Part shown: positions 44,319 through 53,611 of the stretch, one piece after another
Numbering within the stretch: the first letter of the stretch is position 1
How the letters are laid out: each line of letters opens with the position of its first letter
NCBI GenBank assembly: GCA_963746865.1
Contig: CAVVDB010000005.1
Span: forward strand, 89,437 to 153,436
Direction of reading: 5' to 3'
DNA: 64,000 nucleotides
Origin: an uncultured Chloroflexia bacterium
GTDB taxonomy: Bacteria > Chloroflexota > Limnocylindria > Limnocylindrales > CSP1-4
Notes under the pieces: model-generated
Databases searched by the model: none
What the model saw: the letters and a program-made list of their open reading frames with translations, nothing else
What the model was told of the DNA's origin: nothing
Program-made: the position numbers and the translations under genes

Positions 44319-45500
44319 TCAGCCCCGCACCGACCCGAGGATCGCGGTCGTCTCGTCGGCGGTCGGCAGGCGCGGGGAGTTGCGGATCGCGGCGTCGTCG
44401 AGGGTGTCGGTGACGAGCTGGGCGATCGCGGCATCGTCCGCGAGGCCGAGGCGACGCAGGGTCGGTCGCTGGTCGACGTCGCGCAGGAGCTTGTCGATGG
44501 CGGTGATCGCCACGGCGGCGGCGGTCGATTCCGTTTCGGCGGTCGAGCCGACGCCGAGCCCGATGCCGACGAGCGCCAGCTCGCGATCGCGCGTCCCGAG
44601 GTAGAACCGAAGCACCTCCGGGAGGACGGTGGCGAGCGCCGTCCCGTGGGCGACCTTGCCGCGCGTCCCGATCGAGTGCCCGAGCGCATGGACGAGCCCG
44701 ACCCCGGTCCCGCTCGCCTGGCCGACCCCGGCCAGGTGCGAGGCCATGAGCATCTGCGAGCGCGCCTCGAGGTCCGAGCCGTCCTCGACGGCCCGGCGCA
44801 GCCACGTCCCGACCGTCCGGATGACGCCGAGCGCGACCGCCTCGGCGAACGGGTTCGGGTTGGCCGACAGCAGCGATTCGAGCGAATGGGTCATCGCGTC
44901 GATCCCGGTGGCGGCGGTGACGGCCGGCGGCAGGCCGACGGTCAGGCCCGGATCGAGGATGGTCGCGACCGGGAGCAGCGACGGATGACCGATGTAGTCC
45001 TTGCGACCGATCTCCTCGTGGGTGATGACCGCGAAGCTGTGCGCCTCGGCACCTGTTCCCGCGGTCGTCGGGACGGCGACGATCGGGCGACCGGGCGCGA
45101 GGTCGGGCCCGTCGTACTCGAGCTCCCAGACCGGGCGATCGTTGGCCGCCCGGAGGTCGATCGCCTTGGCCGCATCCATCGCCGACCCACCGCCGATCGC
45201 GACGACGACCGTGCCCGGCAGTCCGAAGTCGCGCAGGGTCGACGCGCCGCGCTCGATCGTCGCGGCGGCCGGGTTCGGTTCGACCTCGTCGAAGACGCCG
45301 ACTGCGAGGCCGGCGGCCGCCAACCCGCTGAGGATCGGGTCGATGATGCCGGCGCGGCGGACGCCCGGATCGGTCACGACGAAGGCGCGCGAGCCACCGG
45401 CCGCGGCGACCACCCCGGGGAGTCGCTCGATCGCCCCGACGCCGAAGTGGACGCGATTGCGCAGGACGATCTCGATCTGGCGGTCGGCGAGCCGGGTCAT
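44319..45500 (-). CDS. Iron-containing (group III) alcohol dehydrogenase
   Basis: MTRLADRQIEIVLRNRVHFGVGAIERLP..VVAIGGGSAMDAAKA..AVPTTAGTGAE..GLVHALGHSIG. The ATG at 45500 overlaps the soxD stop (ATGA). Confidence 0.9.
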   Translation of the reverse strand: MTRLADRQIEIVLRNRVHFGVGAIERLPGVVAAAGGSRAFVVTDPGVRRAGIIDPILSGLAAAGLAVGVFDEVEPNPAAATIERGASTLRDFGLPGTVVVAIGGGSAMDAAKAIDLRAANDRPVWELEYDGPDLAPGRPIVAVPTTAGTGAEAHSFAVITHEEIGRKDYIGHPSLLPVATILDPGLTVGLPPAVTAATGIDAMTHSLESLLSANPNPFAEAVALGVIRTVGTWLRRAVEDGSDLEARSQMLMASHLAGVGQASGTGVGLVHALGHSIGTRGKVAHGTALATVLPEVLRFYLGTRDRELALVGIGLGVGSTAETESTAAAVAITAIDKLLRDVDQRPTLRRLGLADDAAIAQLVTDTLDDAAIRNSPRLPTADETTAILGSVRG

Positions 45501-45739
45501 GCGATCTCCAGCACCGTGTCGGTCGAGGTGTCGCGCCGGACGGTCAGCCAGCGTCGGCAGCCGAAGGAGTGGAACCAGCGCTCGGTCGTCGGCCCGTCCG
45601 GGTTGTCGAAGATCCAGACCTCGTCGAAGTCGCGCTCGTCGGGGTCGGTGATCGAGTCCGGGACGGCGCGGCGCTCGCCACCGAACGTGAATTCGTCGAT
45701 CGGCCGGCGGCCACAGCGGGGACAGGCGAGCCACAGCAT
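45497..45739 (-). CDS. soxD: Sarcosine oxidase subunit delta
   Basis: 80 aa: MLWLACPRCGRRPIDEFTFGGE..WIFDNPDGPTTERWFHSFGCRRWLTVRRDT (Cys3His zinc motif of SoxD). This is the last part of track ORF 45497..47320. Confidence 0.85.
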   Translation of the reverse strand: MLWLACPRCGRRPIDEFTFGGERRAVPDSITDPDERDFDEVWIFDNPDGPTTERWFHSFGCRRWLTVRRDTSTDTVLEIA

Positions 45740-46947
45740 CAGCGCGTCCCCGCCGAACCCTGATCGGCCAGGACGTGGTCGCGCCGGAACCGGTCCAGGC
45801 TGAACGGCGCGATCAGCGCAGATGGCTTGCCCGTGGCGATCAGGCCGGCCATCCCCTCGCCGCCGGCCGGGATCGCCTTGAAGCCCCAGGTCCCCCACCC
45901 CGTCGTGATCAGGAACCCATCGACCCCGGTCGCGCTCATGATCGGCGAGTAGTCGGCCGAGATGTCGCAGATCCCCGCCCACGTCCGCAGGATCCGCAGG
46001 TCGCGCAGGAACGGCAGGAGCCGGGTCATCTTGTACGAGTAGCCGCGCAGTGCCGCGAACGACGACTGGCGCGAGTACGACGGCTGCGAGTCGAACTCGG
46101 CGCCGATGAGCATCTGGCCGCGCTCCGTCTGCGAGACGTAGCACGACAGTTCGGTGCTGGCGAGGATGGGCCCGAAGCCCTGTGCGTAGTCGTTGGTGAC
46201 GAAGGCGTGGAGCGGGTGGGTCCGGACGGGGAGACGGACGCCGGCGTGGGCCGCCATCCGGGTGACCCGACCGCCGACCGCCGAGAGGACGACGCCCGCG
46301 GCGATGGGGCCGTTGGCCGTCTGGACGCCGACGACGCGTTCGCCGTCGCGGAGGAGACCCGTGACCGGTGTGTGCTGGATGACGTGGACGCCGCGCTGGG
46401 ACGCCCCCGAGGCGAACGCCCAGGCCACCCGGTCGTGGCGGGCCGTGGCGCCCTCGACGTGGTGCGAGGCGCCCAGGACCGGATAGCGGCCGCCGCCGCT
46501 CAGGTCGACCTGCGGGATGAGCTCCTTGAGCTCTGCTGGCGTGACCATGAACGTCTTCGCGCCACAGGCCGTGTTCATCTGGCAGCGGGCGCGCTCGGTG
46601 CGCATCGCCATCTCCGTGTGGGCGACCCAGAAGATGCCCTTGGTCTGGTGGAGGATCTCGGCGCCGGTCTCCTGCTCCAGGCCCTGGTACAGCTCGAGGG
46701 AGTGCTGGTAGAAGCGGATCGCCTCCGGGATCCCGTAGTTGGCCCGGATGATGGTCGTGTTGCGGCCCGTGTTGCCCGAGGCGATGTAGTCGGCCTCGAG
46801 GACGGCGACGTTCGTGATCCCGTGGCGGGTCGCGAGGTAGTACGCGGTGGACAGGCCGTGGCCGCCGCCGCCGACGATGACCACGTCGTAGCTCGACTTC
46901 GGCTCGTGCCAGGTGATCGGCGGGAGGGTGTCGGTGTAGGCGCTCAT
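45739..46947 (-). CDS. soxB: Sarcosine oxidase subunit beta
   Basis: 402 aa: MSAYTDTLPPITWHEPKSSYDVVIVGGGGHGLSTAYYLA..NTGRNTTIIRANY..GATARHDRVAWAFA. This is the C-terminal part of the 1226-aa composite track ORF. Confidence 0.9.
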   Translation of the reverse strand: MSAYTDTLPPITWHEPKSSYDVVIVGGGGHGLSTAYYLATRHGITNVAVLEADYIASGNTGRNTTIIRANYGIPEAIRFYQHSLELYQGLEQETGAEILHQTKGIFWVAHTEMAMRTERARCQMNTACGAKTFMVTPAELKELIPQVDLSGGGRYPVLGASHHVEGATARHDRVAWAFASGASQRGVHVIQHTPVTGLLRDGERVVGVQTANGPIAAGVVLSAVGGRVTRMAAHAGVRLPVRTHPLHAFVTNDYAQGFGPILASTELSCYVSQTERGQMLIGAEFDSQPSYSRQSSFAALRGYSYKMTRLLPFLRDLRILRTWAGICDISADYSPIMSATGVDGFLITTGWGTWGFKAIPAGGEGMAGLIATGKPSALIAPFSLDRFRRDHVLADQGSAGTR

Positions 46948-47320
46948 CGGAGCCGGTCCGCCAGTTCGTCGGCATAGGCCGCGGCAGTGATGAGCAGCGC
47001 CTTGCCGTCGGCCGAGCAGCCAGATCTTCGCGGGGACGTTGGCGACGGCGCCCTGGACGAGTGCCGGTCGCTCCGACGGGAGCGGCCATTCGACATGGGA
47101 GGCGACCAGCTCGACCGGGAGCCAGACACCGACGAACCCGACTTCCGATTCGACGATGGCATCTGCGTCGTCGACGTCGACGGCGTCGGCGCCGAGCCCG
47201 AACGACGTCGTCCGGCGCGAACCGCAGGACCGTGACGTGGTCGCCGTGCCAGCGCGCGGCGTCGAGGGCGGCCGGATCGGCCACCACGCGGAGGCCTCGC
47301 AGCGACTCAGGCGCGGGCAC
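46944..47320 (-). pseudogene. Short SoxG-like (sarcosine oxidase gamma family) protein, in three frame segments (breaks at about 47200 and about 47010)
   Basis: My own translation gives three segments. Segment 1: MPAPESLRGLRVVADPAALDAARWHGDHVTVLRFAPDDVV. Segment 2: GLGADAVDVDDADAIVESEVGFVGVWLPVELVASHVEWPLPSERPALVQGAVANVPAKIWLLG. Segment 3: DGKALLITAAAYADELADRLR*. The stop overlaps the soxB ATG. The family call is tentative. Confidence 0.45.
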
Positions 47321-49560
47321 GGTGGCCGTCCGGGTCGTAGAAGGGCGTCGGCGTCACGGTCGCCTCGCGACCGTCGATCTCGACCCGGTCGGGGAACGGC
47401 GTCCGTCGCAGCCATCCGAGCATCAGGGCCTTGCCGAGGAGCGGGGAGTCCCAGCTCCCCGTCACGTTGCCGACGACCTCGCCGCCCGACCAGATCGGCG
47501 CGCCCTCGACCGGGGCCGGGCCGTCCATCGCGAACCCCATCCAGCGCCGGTGGTCGTCGAGCTTGGCGGTCCGCTCGAGCGACGCCCGGCCGATGAACCG
47601 CGGCTTCTCCATCCGGACCGCCCAGTCCATGCCGATCCGGCGCGGGGTCGTATCGAGCTCTGTGTCCATGCCGACGATGACGTGGCCCTTCTCGAGTCGC
47701 AGCCCGAACAGCGCCTGGAGTCCGTGCGGCCGGATCCCGAGATCGGCGCCGAGGGTCATCAGCGCCCGCCAGAGCTCGACCGACCGGTCGACCGGATGGT
47801 GGAGTTCGAAGGCGGCCTCGCCGGTGAACGACAGGCGCATGACATGGCACGGGACGCCGGCGACATCCGCACGAAGGTGGCCCAGGAAGCGGGGTGGGTC
47901 GGACAGCCCGGCTCGCCGAAGCAGCTCCCCGGCGAGCGGCCCCGTGACGTTGATCGCGGCCAGCGACATCGTCCGGTCCAGGACGTGGACGCGGAGCCCC
48001 CACGTGTCGATCCAGTCGCGGACCCACATCTCGGCGTTGGCCGCGCCGCCCGACGTGAACGACAGGACGAAGCGGGTCTCCGAGTCGCGCAGGATCATCC
48101 CGTCGTCCATGACGTGGCCGCGTTCGTTGAGCAGGAGCGCGTAGCGCGACCGGCCGGGCTTGATGTCCGCCACGTGACACGGATAGAGCCGCTCCAGCAG
48201 CTCGACCACGTCGGGTCCCGGACACGACGAGCTTGCCGAGGGTCGAGACGTCGCCGATCGACACGCCCTCGCGGACCGCCCAGTACTCGGCCACGGCGTC
48301 GCCGTAGTGCCACGGCCGCCACCAGCCACCGAACCGGTCCATCCGTGCCCCGAGGGCGAGGTGCTCGTCGTGGAGCGGGGTCCGCCGGAAGACGTCCACG
48401 TAGGCGTCGGCGGCGGCCTCGGCGAGCGTGATCTGGCGGGACGCCGGGCGCGCGGTGAACGGCGCAGGGACTTCGCCGGTCTGCGCGGCGATCCAGGCGC
48501 GGACGTTCGGCAGGCAGGCGCCGCCCTGGCAGGTCCCGAGACAGGCCTGGCTGGAGCGTTTGAGGAGTTCCAGTTCGGTGAAGCCCCGGTCCCAGGCGGC
48601 TTGAAGGTCCGCGACGGTCGTGCCCATGCAGCCGCACACGACGCCCTCGGTCGGGGCCGTCGGGAGGGCCTCCGGGACGGCCGCGTCCCCGACGACGGTC
48701 AATGGCACCTCGCCGGCCATCCGCGCCAACAGGTCGCGCGGGGCCAGGCCAAGACCAAGCACGACCGTGTCGGCCGGGGTCGTCGTTCGCGCACCGGTCC
48801 GAGGGTCCCCCGTCACGACCGCGGTGACGCGGCCCGCCGTGCCTTCGAACGCAAGCAGGTCACCGATCACGCTGGTCGCGGGCACGCCGTCGGGCGGTGT
48901 CCCGACCGCGACCACCCGCCCGAGATCGACCCCAGCCGCGTAGAGCTCCTCCGCGGCACGCGCCGTGACGAGCCCGGCGAGTCGATTGCCCGGGCAGACA
49001 GGCCCGATCTCGGCGGCGCCGGTCGCCACGACGATCTCGTCCGCCTCCACGTGGAGCATCCCGGCGCGTGTCCGCGCCACGACCATCGGCCCCGGGTAGA
49101 TCGCCACGACCTCCTGGCCGGCACCCGCGTCGAGCACGAGGACCGTCTGGCCGGCGCTCCGAGCCGCCGCAGCGGCGGCCTGGCCGCTCGACCCACCGCC
49201 GATGACGGCGACATCGACGGCAGCCCGACGAAGCCTCGACGCCGGGCGCGATCGACGGCACCGTCGGGTCGGGGCTCGTGACGACGGGCAGTGGCGGGTT
49301 CGCCCGCCGCCGGATGGCGGACGACGGTCAGACCCGGCGACGCGGCCACCTGGCAGGTCCTGACGTAGGCCGCCCCATCGACGACCGCGAGGCAGTTGCC
49401 ACAGTCGCCGGCGAGGCACAGCGTCCCGCCCCGACCAGGGACCTCGCCACCCCGGACGATCGCGACGGCGACCGAATCACCGGGCTCGTACGGGACGGGG
49501 CGCCCGTCGACGACGATCCGGCTCGACGACGGCCGGCGACCCGGCGGGTCGGTCGGTCAC
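47307..49560 (-). pseudogene. SoxA-like subunit (N-terminal 2Fe-2S-type domain, FAD/NAD-binding domain, Cys-rich segment, GCV_T folate domain), in at least 3-4 frame segments
   Basis: Segments found in different frames are: IVVDGRPVPYEPGDSVAVAIVRGGEVPGRGGTLCLAGDCGNCLAVVDGAAYVRTCQV; AVDVAVIGGGSSGQAAAAAA..CGCMGTTVADL..CLGTCQGGACLPNV..FGGWWRPWHYGD..GDVSTLGKLVVSG; and PDVVELLERLYPCHVADIKPG..RLSFTGEAAFELHHP..FGLRLEKGH..DGREATVTPTPFYDPDG. One clear extra base is at 48216. The candidate GTG start at 49560 forms a GTGA overlap with the repaired DMGDH-like stop. Confidence 0.65.
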
Positions 49561-52014
49561 TGGCGCATCCGGAGCCCGGCCGGGTCGAACAGCGGCTCCG
49601 GCTGGATGTCGTGCCGGCCGGCGTCGACCGATGATCTCGATCTCGAACGCCCCGTCGGCACCCTCGGCAGCCAGCGCGGCCGGGATGTACCCGAGCGCGA
49701 TCGAGGCCTTCACATGGTGGCCGTAGCCACCCGACGTGACCCAGCCGACGACCTCGTCGCCGTGCCAGATCGGTTCGTCGCCGATCACGTCGGCCGGCTC
49801 ATCCGGGTCCGGTTCGACGACGAACGCCACCAGGCGGCGACCCGGACCTGACTCGGCCTCCTTCTCGTACGCGGCGCGGCCGATGAAGTCGTGGTCGAGC
49901 TTCACGTAGCGCTGCAAGCCGGCCTCGTGGAGCGTGTAGATCGGGCGATACTCGCGATACCACGTGCCGTAGCTCTTCTCGAGCCGCAACGACATCAGCG
50001 CCCGGAACCCGAACAGCCGGATCCCGTATTCCTCGCCCGCCGCCATCAGCCGGTCGAACAGGGCGCGCTGGTACTCCGGTGCGACCCACAGCTCGTACCC
50101 GAGCTCGCCGCTGTAGTTGATCCGTCCGACGAGGGCCGGGATGATCCCGACCTCGATCCGTCGGATATCCATGAAGCGGAACGCCGTGCTGGAGAGATCC
50201 TCGGCCGTGACCTTCGAAAGCGTGTCCCGAGCGTGCGGCCCGGCGATGGACAGGCCGACGAGCGAGAGCCCCAGGACCTCGAATGTCACGGATCCGTCGG
50301 CCGGCAGGTGGGCGCCGAACCAGCGCGGGTGATGGACCTCGGCAGCGAGCGAGCCGAACAGGTAGAACTCGTCGGCGTCGGTCGGTCGCGCGACGGTGAA
50401 CTCGCCGACGATCCGGCCGGACTCGTTGAGCATGGCGGTGAGGACGATCCGGCCGGGCGCCGGCATCCGGGCCGTCAGCAGGGACGACAGCCACGCCTCC
50501 GCCCCCGCCCCGGTGACCCGGTACTTGGCGTAGTTCGAGATCTCCGTCAGGCCCACTCGCTCGCGCACCGCGGCGACCTCCCCGGCCACGCTCTCCCAGG
50601 CGTTCGAGCGCCGGAACGTCACGTCCTCCTTCGGCTGGAGGCCGGCCGCCTGGAACCACAGCGCGTGCTCCAGGCCGAGCGAGGCGCCCCACACGGCGTT
50701 CGCGGCCGTCAGTCGGTCGTAGATCGGCGTCGTTCGGAGCGGGCGGGCGGCAGGGAGCTCCTCGTTCGGGAACGTGATCTGGAACCGGCGCCGGTAGTTC
50801 TCCTGGACCTTGGCGTTCGTGTACGCCAGTCGCGCGTAGTCCCCGAACCGGGCGATGTCCATCCCGAAGATGTCCATCCCCGAATCTCCGGCATCGCCGG
50901 CCGACATCCAGGCCGCGAGCGCGAGCCCGACGCCGCCGCCCTGTGACAGCCCGGCCATGACCCCGCAGGCGAGCCAGTAGTTCCGCAGCCCGCGGATCGG
51001 ACCGACGAGGGGATTGCCGTCCGGCGCGAAGGTGAACGGGCCGTTCACGACCTGCTTGATCCCGGTCGTTGCCATCGCGGGGATGTGCTTCGATGCGACG
51101 GACATCTCGGGCGTGATCCGATCCAGGTCGGGCTTGAGAAGCTGCGACCCGAAGTCCCACGGCGTCTCGCGGGGCGACCACGGCTTCGCGGCCTGCTCGT
51201 ACGTGCCCAGGAGCATCCCGCCGCCTTCCTGGCGGATGTAGATCTCCCCGCCGAAGTCGATCGTCATCGGCAGCTCGCGTCCGGTCGACTCGTTGAACGC
51301 CTTGATCTCGGGCACATCGGCGGTCAGCACGTACTGGTGCTCCATGGCCAGGACCGGGAGTTCGAGCCCGACCATCCGGCCGACCTCGCGCGCCCACAGT
51401 CCACCGGCGTTGACGACGTGCTCGGCGTGGATCGGGTCTCCACCCTCGATCTCGACATCCCACGTCTCGTCCGGACGCTGCGACAGCCCGGTGACCAGCG
51501 TGTGCAGGCGGACCTCCGCGCCGGCCAGCTGGGCGCATTTCACGTAGGCGCGCGTGACGCCGGTCGGATCGACGTGGCCCTCGACGCGGTCATACAACGC
51601 CCCGACGAAGTACTTGGGGTCCATCACGGGAAAGACGTCGCGCGCCTCGGACGGGGTGATCATCTCGAGCTCCATCCCGAGGTAGCGGCCCCGAGCGACC
51701 GCCATCCGGAGGAAGTCCATCCGGTCCTCGGTATCGGCCAGCATCAGCCCGCCGCAGAGGTGGATCGAGCAACTCTGGCCGGAGACCTTCTCGATCTCCT
51801 GGTACAGGTTGATCGTGTACTGCTGGAGGCGAGCGACATTCGGGTCGCCGTTCAAGGTGTGCATGCCGCCGGCCGCGTGCCACGTGGACCCGGCGGTGAG
51901 CTCGCGACGCTCCAGCAGCACGACATCCTTCCAGCCGGCCTTCGTCAAGTGATACAGGACGCTCGCGCCGACGACGCCGCCACCGATGACGACAGCCTGG
52001 AACTCGTTCTTCAT
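49477..52014 (-). CDS. Dimethylglycine/sarcosine dehydrogenase-like flavoprotein (DAO FAD domain plus GCV_T folate domain). The last roughly 18 aa are probably in another frame, with a true stop near 49557.
   Basis: 845-aa ORF: MKNEFQAVVIGGGVVGASVLYHL..TAGSTWHAAGG (covalent-FAD His context). The GCV_T part reads ..YAKYRVTGAGA..INYSGELGYELW... The track C-terminus after EIEIIGRRRPA is Arg/Pro nonsense. The next frame reads HDIQPEPLFDPAGLRMRQ*. Confidence 0.85.
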   Translation of the reverse strand: MKNEFQAVVIGGGVVGASVLYHLTKAGWKDVVLLERRELTAGSTWHAAGGMHTLNGDPNVARLQQYTINLYQEIEKVSGQSCSIHLCGGLMLADTEDRMDFLRMAVARGRYLGMELEMITPSEARDVFPVMDPKYFVGALYDRVEGHVDPTGVTRAYVKCAQLAGAEVRLHTLVTGLSQRPDETWDVEIEGGDPIHAEHVVNAGGLWAREVGRMVGLELPVLAMEHQYVLTADVPEIKAFNESTGRELPMTIDFGGEIYIRQEGGGMLLGTYEQAAKPWSPRETPWDFGSQLLKPDLDRITPEMSVASKHIPAMATTGIKQVVNGPFTFAPDGNPLVGPIRGLRNYWLACGVMAGLSQGGGVGLALAAWMSAGDAGDSGMDIFGMDIARFGDYARLAYTNAKVQENYRRRFQITFPNEELPAARPLRTTPIYDRLTAANAVWGASLGLEHALWFQAAGLQPKEDVTFRRSNAWESVAGEVAAVRERVGLTEISNYAKYRVTGAGAEAWLSSLLTARMPAPGRIVLTAMLNESGRIVGEFTVARPTDADEFYLFGSLAAEVHHPRWFGAHLPADGSVTFEVLGLSLVGLSIAGPHARDTLSKVTAEDLSSTAFRFMDIRRIEVGIIPALVGRINYSGELGYELWVAPEYQRALFDRLMAAGEEYGIRLFGFRALMSLRLEKSYGTWYREYRPIYTLHEAGLQRYVKLDHDFIGRAAYEKEAESGPGRRLVAFVVEPDPDEPADVIGDEPIWHGDEVVGWVTSGGYGHHVKASIALGYIPAALAAEGADGAFEIEIIGRRRPARHPAGAAVRPGRAPDAPVTDRPAGSPAVVEPDRRRRAPRPVRAR

Positions 52015-52026
52015 CGGTCCGTCCTC

Positions 52027-53592
52027 TCAATAGTCGGTCGGGACGCCGCCCTCGGCGACGCGGCGCGCCACGAACGCCTCCAGCTCCTCCGTGATCGCCG
52101 GGTCCATCGGCGGCGGCTCGTAGGCCGCGAGCAGCGCCTTCCAGATCCGGTTCGCCTTCGACGGCAGCTCCGGCGAGCCGGCTTCCTGCCATGTCTCGTA
52201 GTTGCGCCAATCGCTGAGCATCGGTTTGTGGAACGCCGTCCGGTAACGCGACTGGGTGTGCTCGGCGCCGAAGAAGTGGCCACCCGGACCGACCTCCTGC
52301 ATCGCCGAGAATGCCAGGCTGTCCTCGTCGACGACGACCGGATCGAGGAAGCCCTCGACCATCCCCAGCAGCTCGGCGTCGAGGATCATCTTCTCGTAGC
52401 TCGCGTGGAGGCCGCCCTCCATCCAGCCGGCGCCGTGCATCAGCAGGTTGACCCCGCCCATGATCGCGCCCCACAGCGAGAAGACCGATTCATAGGCCGC
52501 CTGGGCATCGAGTGCGTTCGCCGCGCACACGTTGGATGACCGGTACGGCACGTGGTAGCGCCGCGCCAACTGGCCGCCGATCATCGCGGTCCGCATGTAT
52601 TCCGGGGTCCCGAATGCCGGGGCGCCGGACTGCATGTCGACGTTCGAGGTGAACCCGCCGTAGATGACCGGCGCGCCCGGCCGGACGGCCTGGGTCAGGA
52701 CCATCCCGGCCAGCGCCTCGGCGTTCTGCTCGGCCAGGGCGCCGGCCAAAGTGACCGGGGCCATCGCGCCCGACAGCGTGAACGGGGTGATGCACACGAT
52801 CTGGTTGTGGGCCGCGAACTCCATGATCCCCTGGAGCATCGGCGCGTCCAGCCGGAGCGGCGAACTGGAATTGACGACGGTGAAGATCGACGGCTCGCGG
52901 TCGAGCGTCGCAGCGTCGATGCCCCGCGCGATCCGGGTCATCTCGAGGGTGTCGATGTTGCGCTGCCGGCCGAGGCTGTAGGCGTGGATGGGCTTGTCCA
53001 TGAGGGTCAGTGCGTCGAAGGTCGCGTGCAGGTGGCGGACCCCGTGGTGGAGGTCGACCGGCTCGACCGGGTAGCCGGCCAGGAAGTGGACCGGGTTGAG
53101 CGACTGGGCGAGCCGGAGCAGGTTCTGGTAGTCGTCGCGGTTGCCGATCCGTCGGCCGCGATCCAGGTCGGCGACGTTGGGCGGACTGCCCACCGTCCCG
53201 AACGCGATCCAGTCGCCGCCGAGCTGGAGGTGGTGGGCCGGGTTCCGGGCATGGAGCGTGAACGTCGAAGGCGCCGTCCGGATGCGCTCGATGACCATCT
53301 CGGGCGGGAAGCGGACGCGCTGGTTGTCCGGGCTGGTCTCCGCCCCGGCCGCGCGCAGCACCTCGCGGGCGTCGGCGTCGAGGAAGTCCATCCCGATCTC
53401 GGCGAGGATGCGCAGCGAACCCAGGTGGATCGCCTCGAGCTCGTCGGCGGACACGACCTCGGTCGGGCGATAGCGCATCCGGGGCTGGGCCCACGGGCGC
53501 TGCTCCGGGAGCGTGCTCCGGGCGTGTGCGTCTCGACCACCGCTGCGGCGACGGCGGAGCCCCTCCCCCGCGGCCGTGTCCATGTCCGTCAC
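52027..53592 (-). CDS. MttB-superfamily (trimethylamine methyltransferase family) protein, non-pyrrolysine type. Candidate quaternary-amine (for example glycine betaine) methyltransferase.
   Basis: 521-aa uninterrupted ORF: ..RPWAQPRMRYRPTEVVSADELEAIHLGSLRILAEIGMDF..VVNSSSPLRLDAPMLQGIMEFAAHNQIVCITPFTLSGAMAPVT..GGFTSNVDMQSGAPAFGTPE..GPGGHFFGAEHT. It ends 12 nt upstream of the DMGDH-like start. Confidence 0.85.
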   Translation of the reverse strand: MTDMDTAAGEGLRRRRSGGRDAHARSTLPEQRPWAQPRMRYRPTEVVSADELEAIHLGSLRILAEIGMDFLDADAREVLRAAGAETSPDNQRVRFPPEMVIERIRTAPSTFTLHARNPAHHLQLGGDWIAFGTVGSPPNVADLDRGRRIGNRDDYQNLLRLAQSLNPVHFLAGYPVEPVDLHHGVRHLHATFDALTLMDKPIHAYSLGRQRNIDTLEMTRIARGIDAATLDREPSIFTVVNSSSPLRLDAPMLQGIMEFAAHNQIVCITPFTLSGAMAPVTLAGALAEQNAEALAGMVLTQAVRPGAPVIYGGFTSNVDMQSGAPAFGTPEYMRTAMIGGQLARRYHVPYRSSNVCAANALDAQAAYESVFSLWGAIMGGVNLLMHGAGWMEGGLHASYEKMILDAELLGMVEGFLDPVVVDEDSLAFSAMQEVGPGGHFFGAEHTQSRYRTAFHKPMLSDWRNYETWQEAGSPELPSKANRIWKALLAAYEPPPMDPAITEELEAFVARRVAEGGVPTDY

Positions 53593-53611
53593 GTCAGCAT
53601 GCTAGCGGGAA

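Noticed and set aside
45739-49419. A single 1226-aa ORF that could be read as one giant protein
   Set aside because: Only discrete stretches are protein-like: soxB at the C-terminus and parts of soxA-like and soxG-like. These are separated by long Arg/Pro nonsense. The ORF is a chimera created because this frame happens to lack stops.
52027-53592. Possible in-frame amber (pyrrolysine) codon in the MttB-family gene
   Set aside because: The 521-codon frame is uninterrupted from ATG to stop, so this is a non-Pyl family member.
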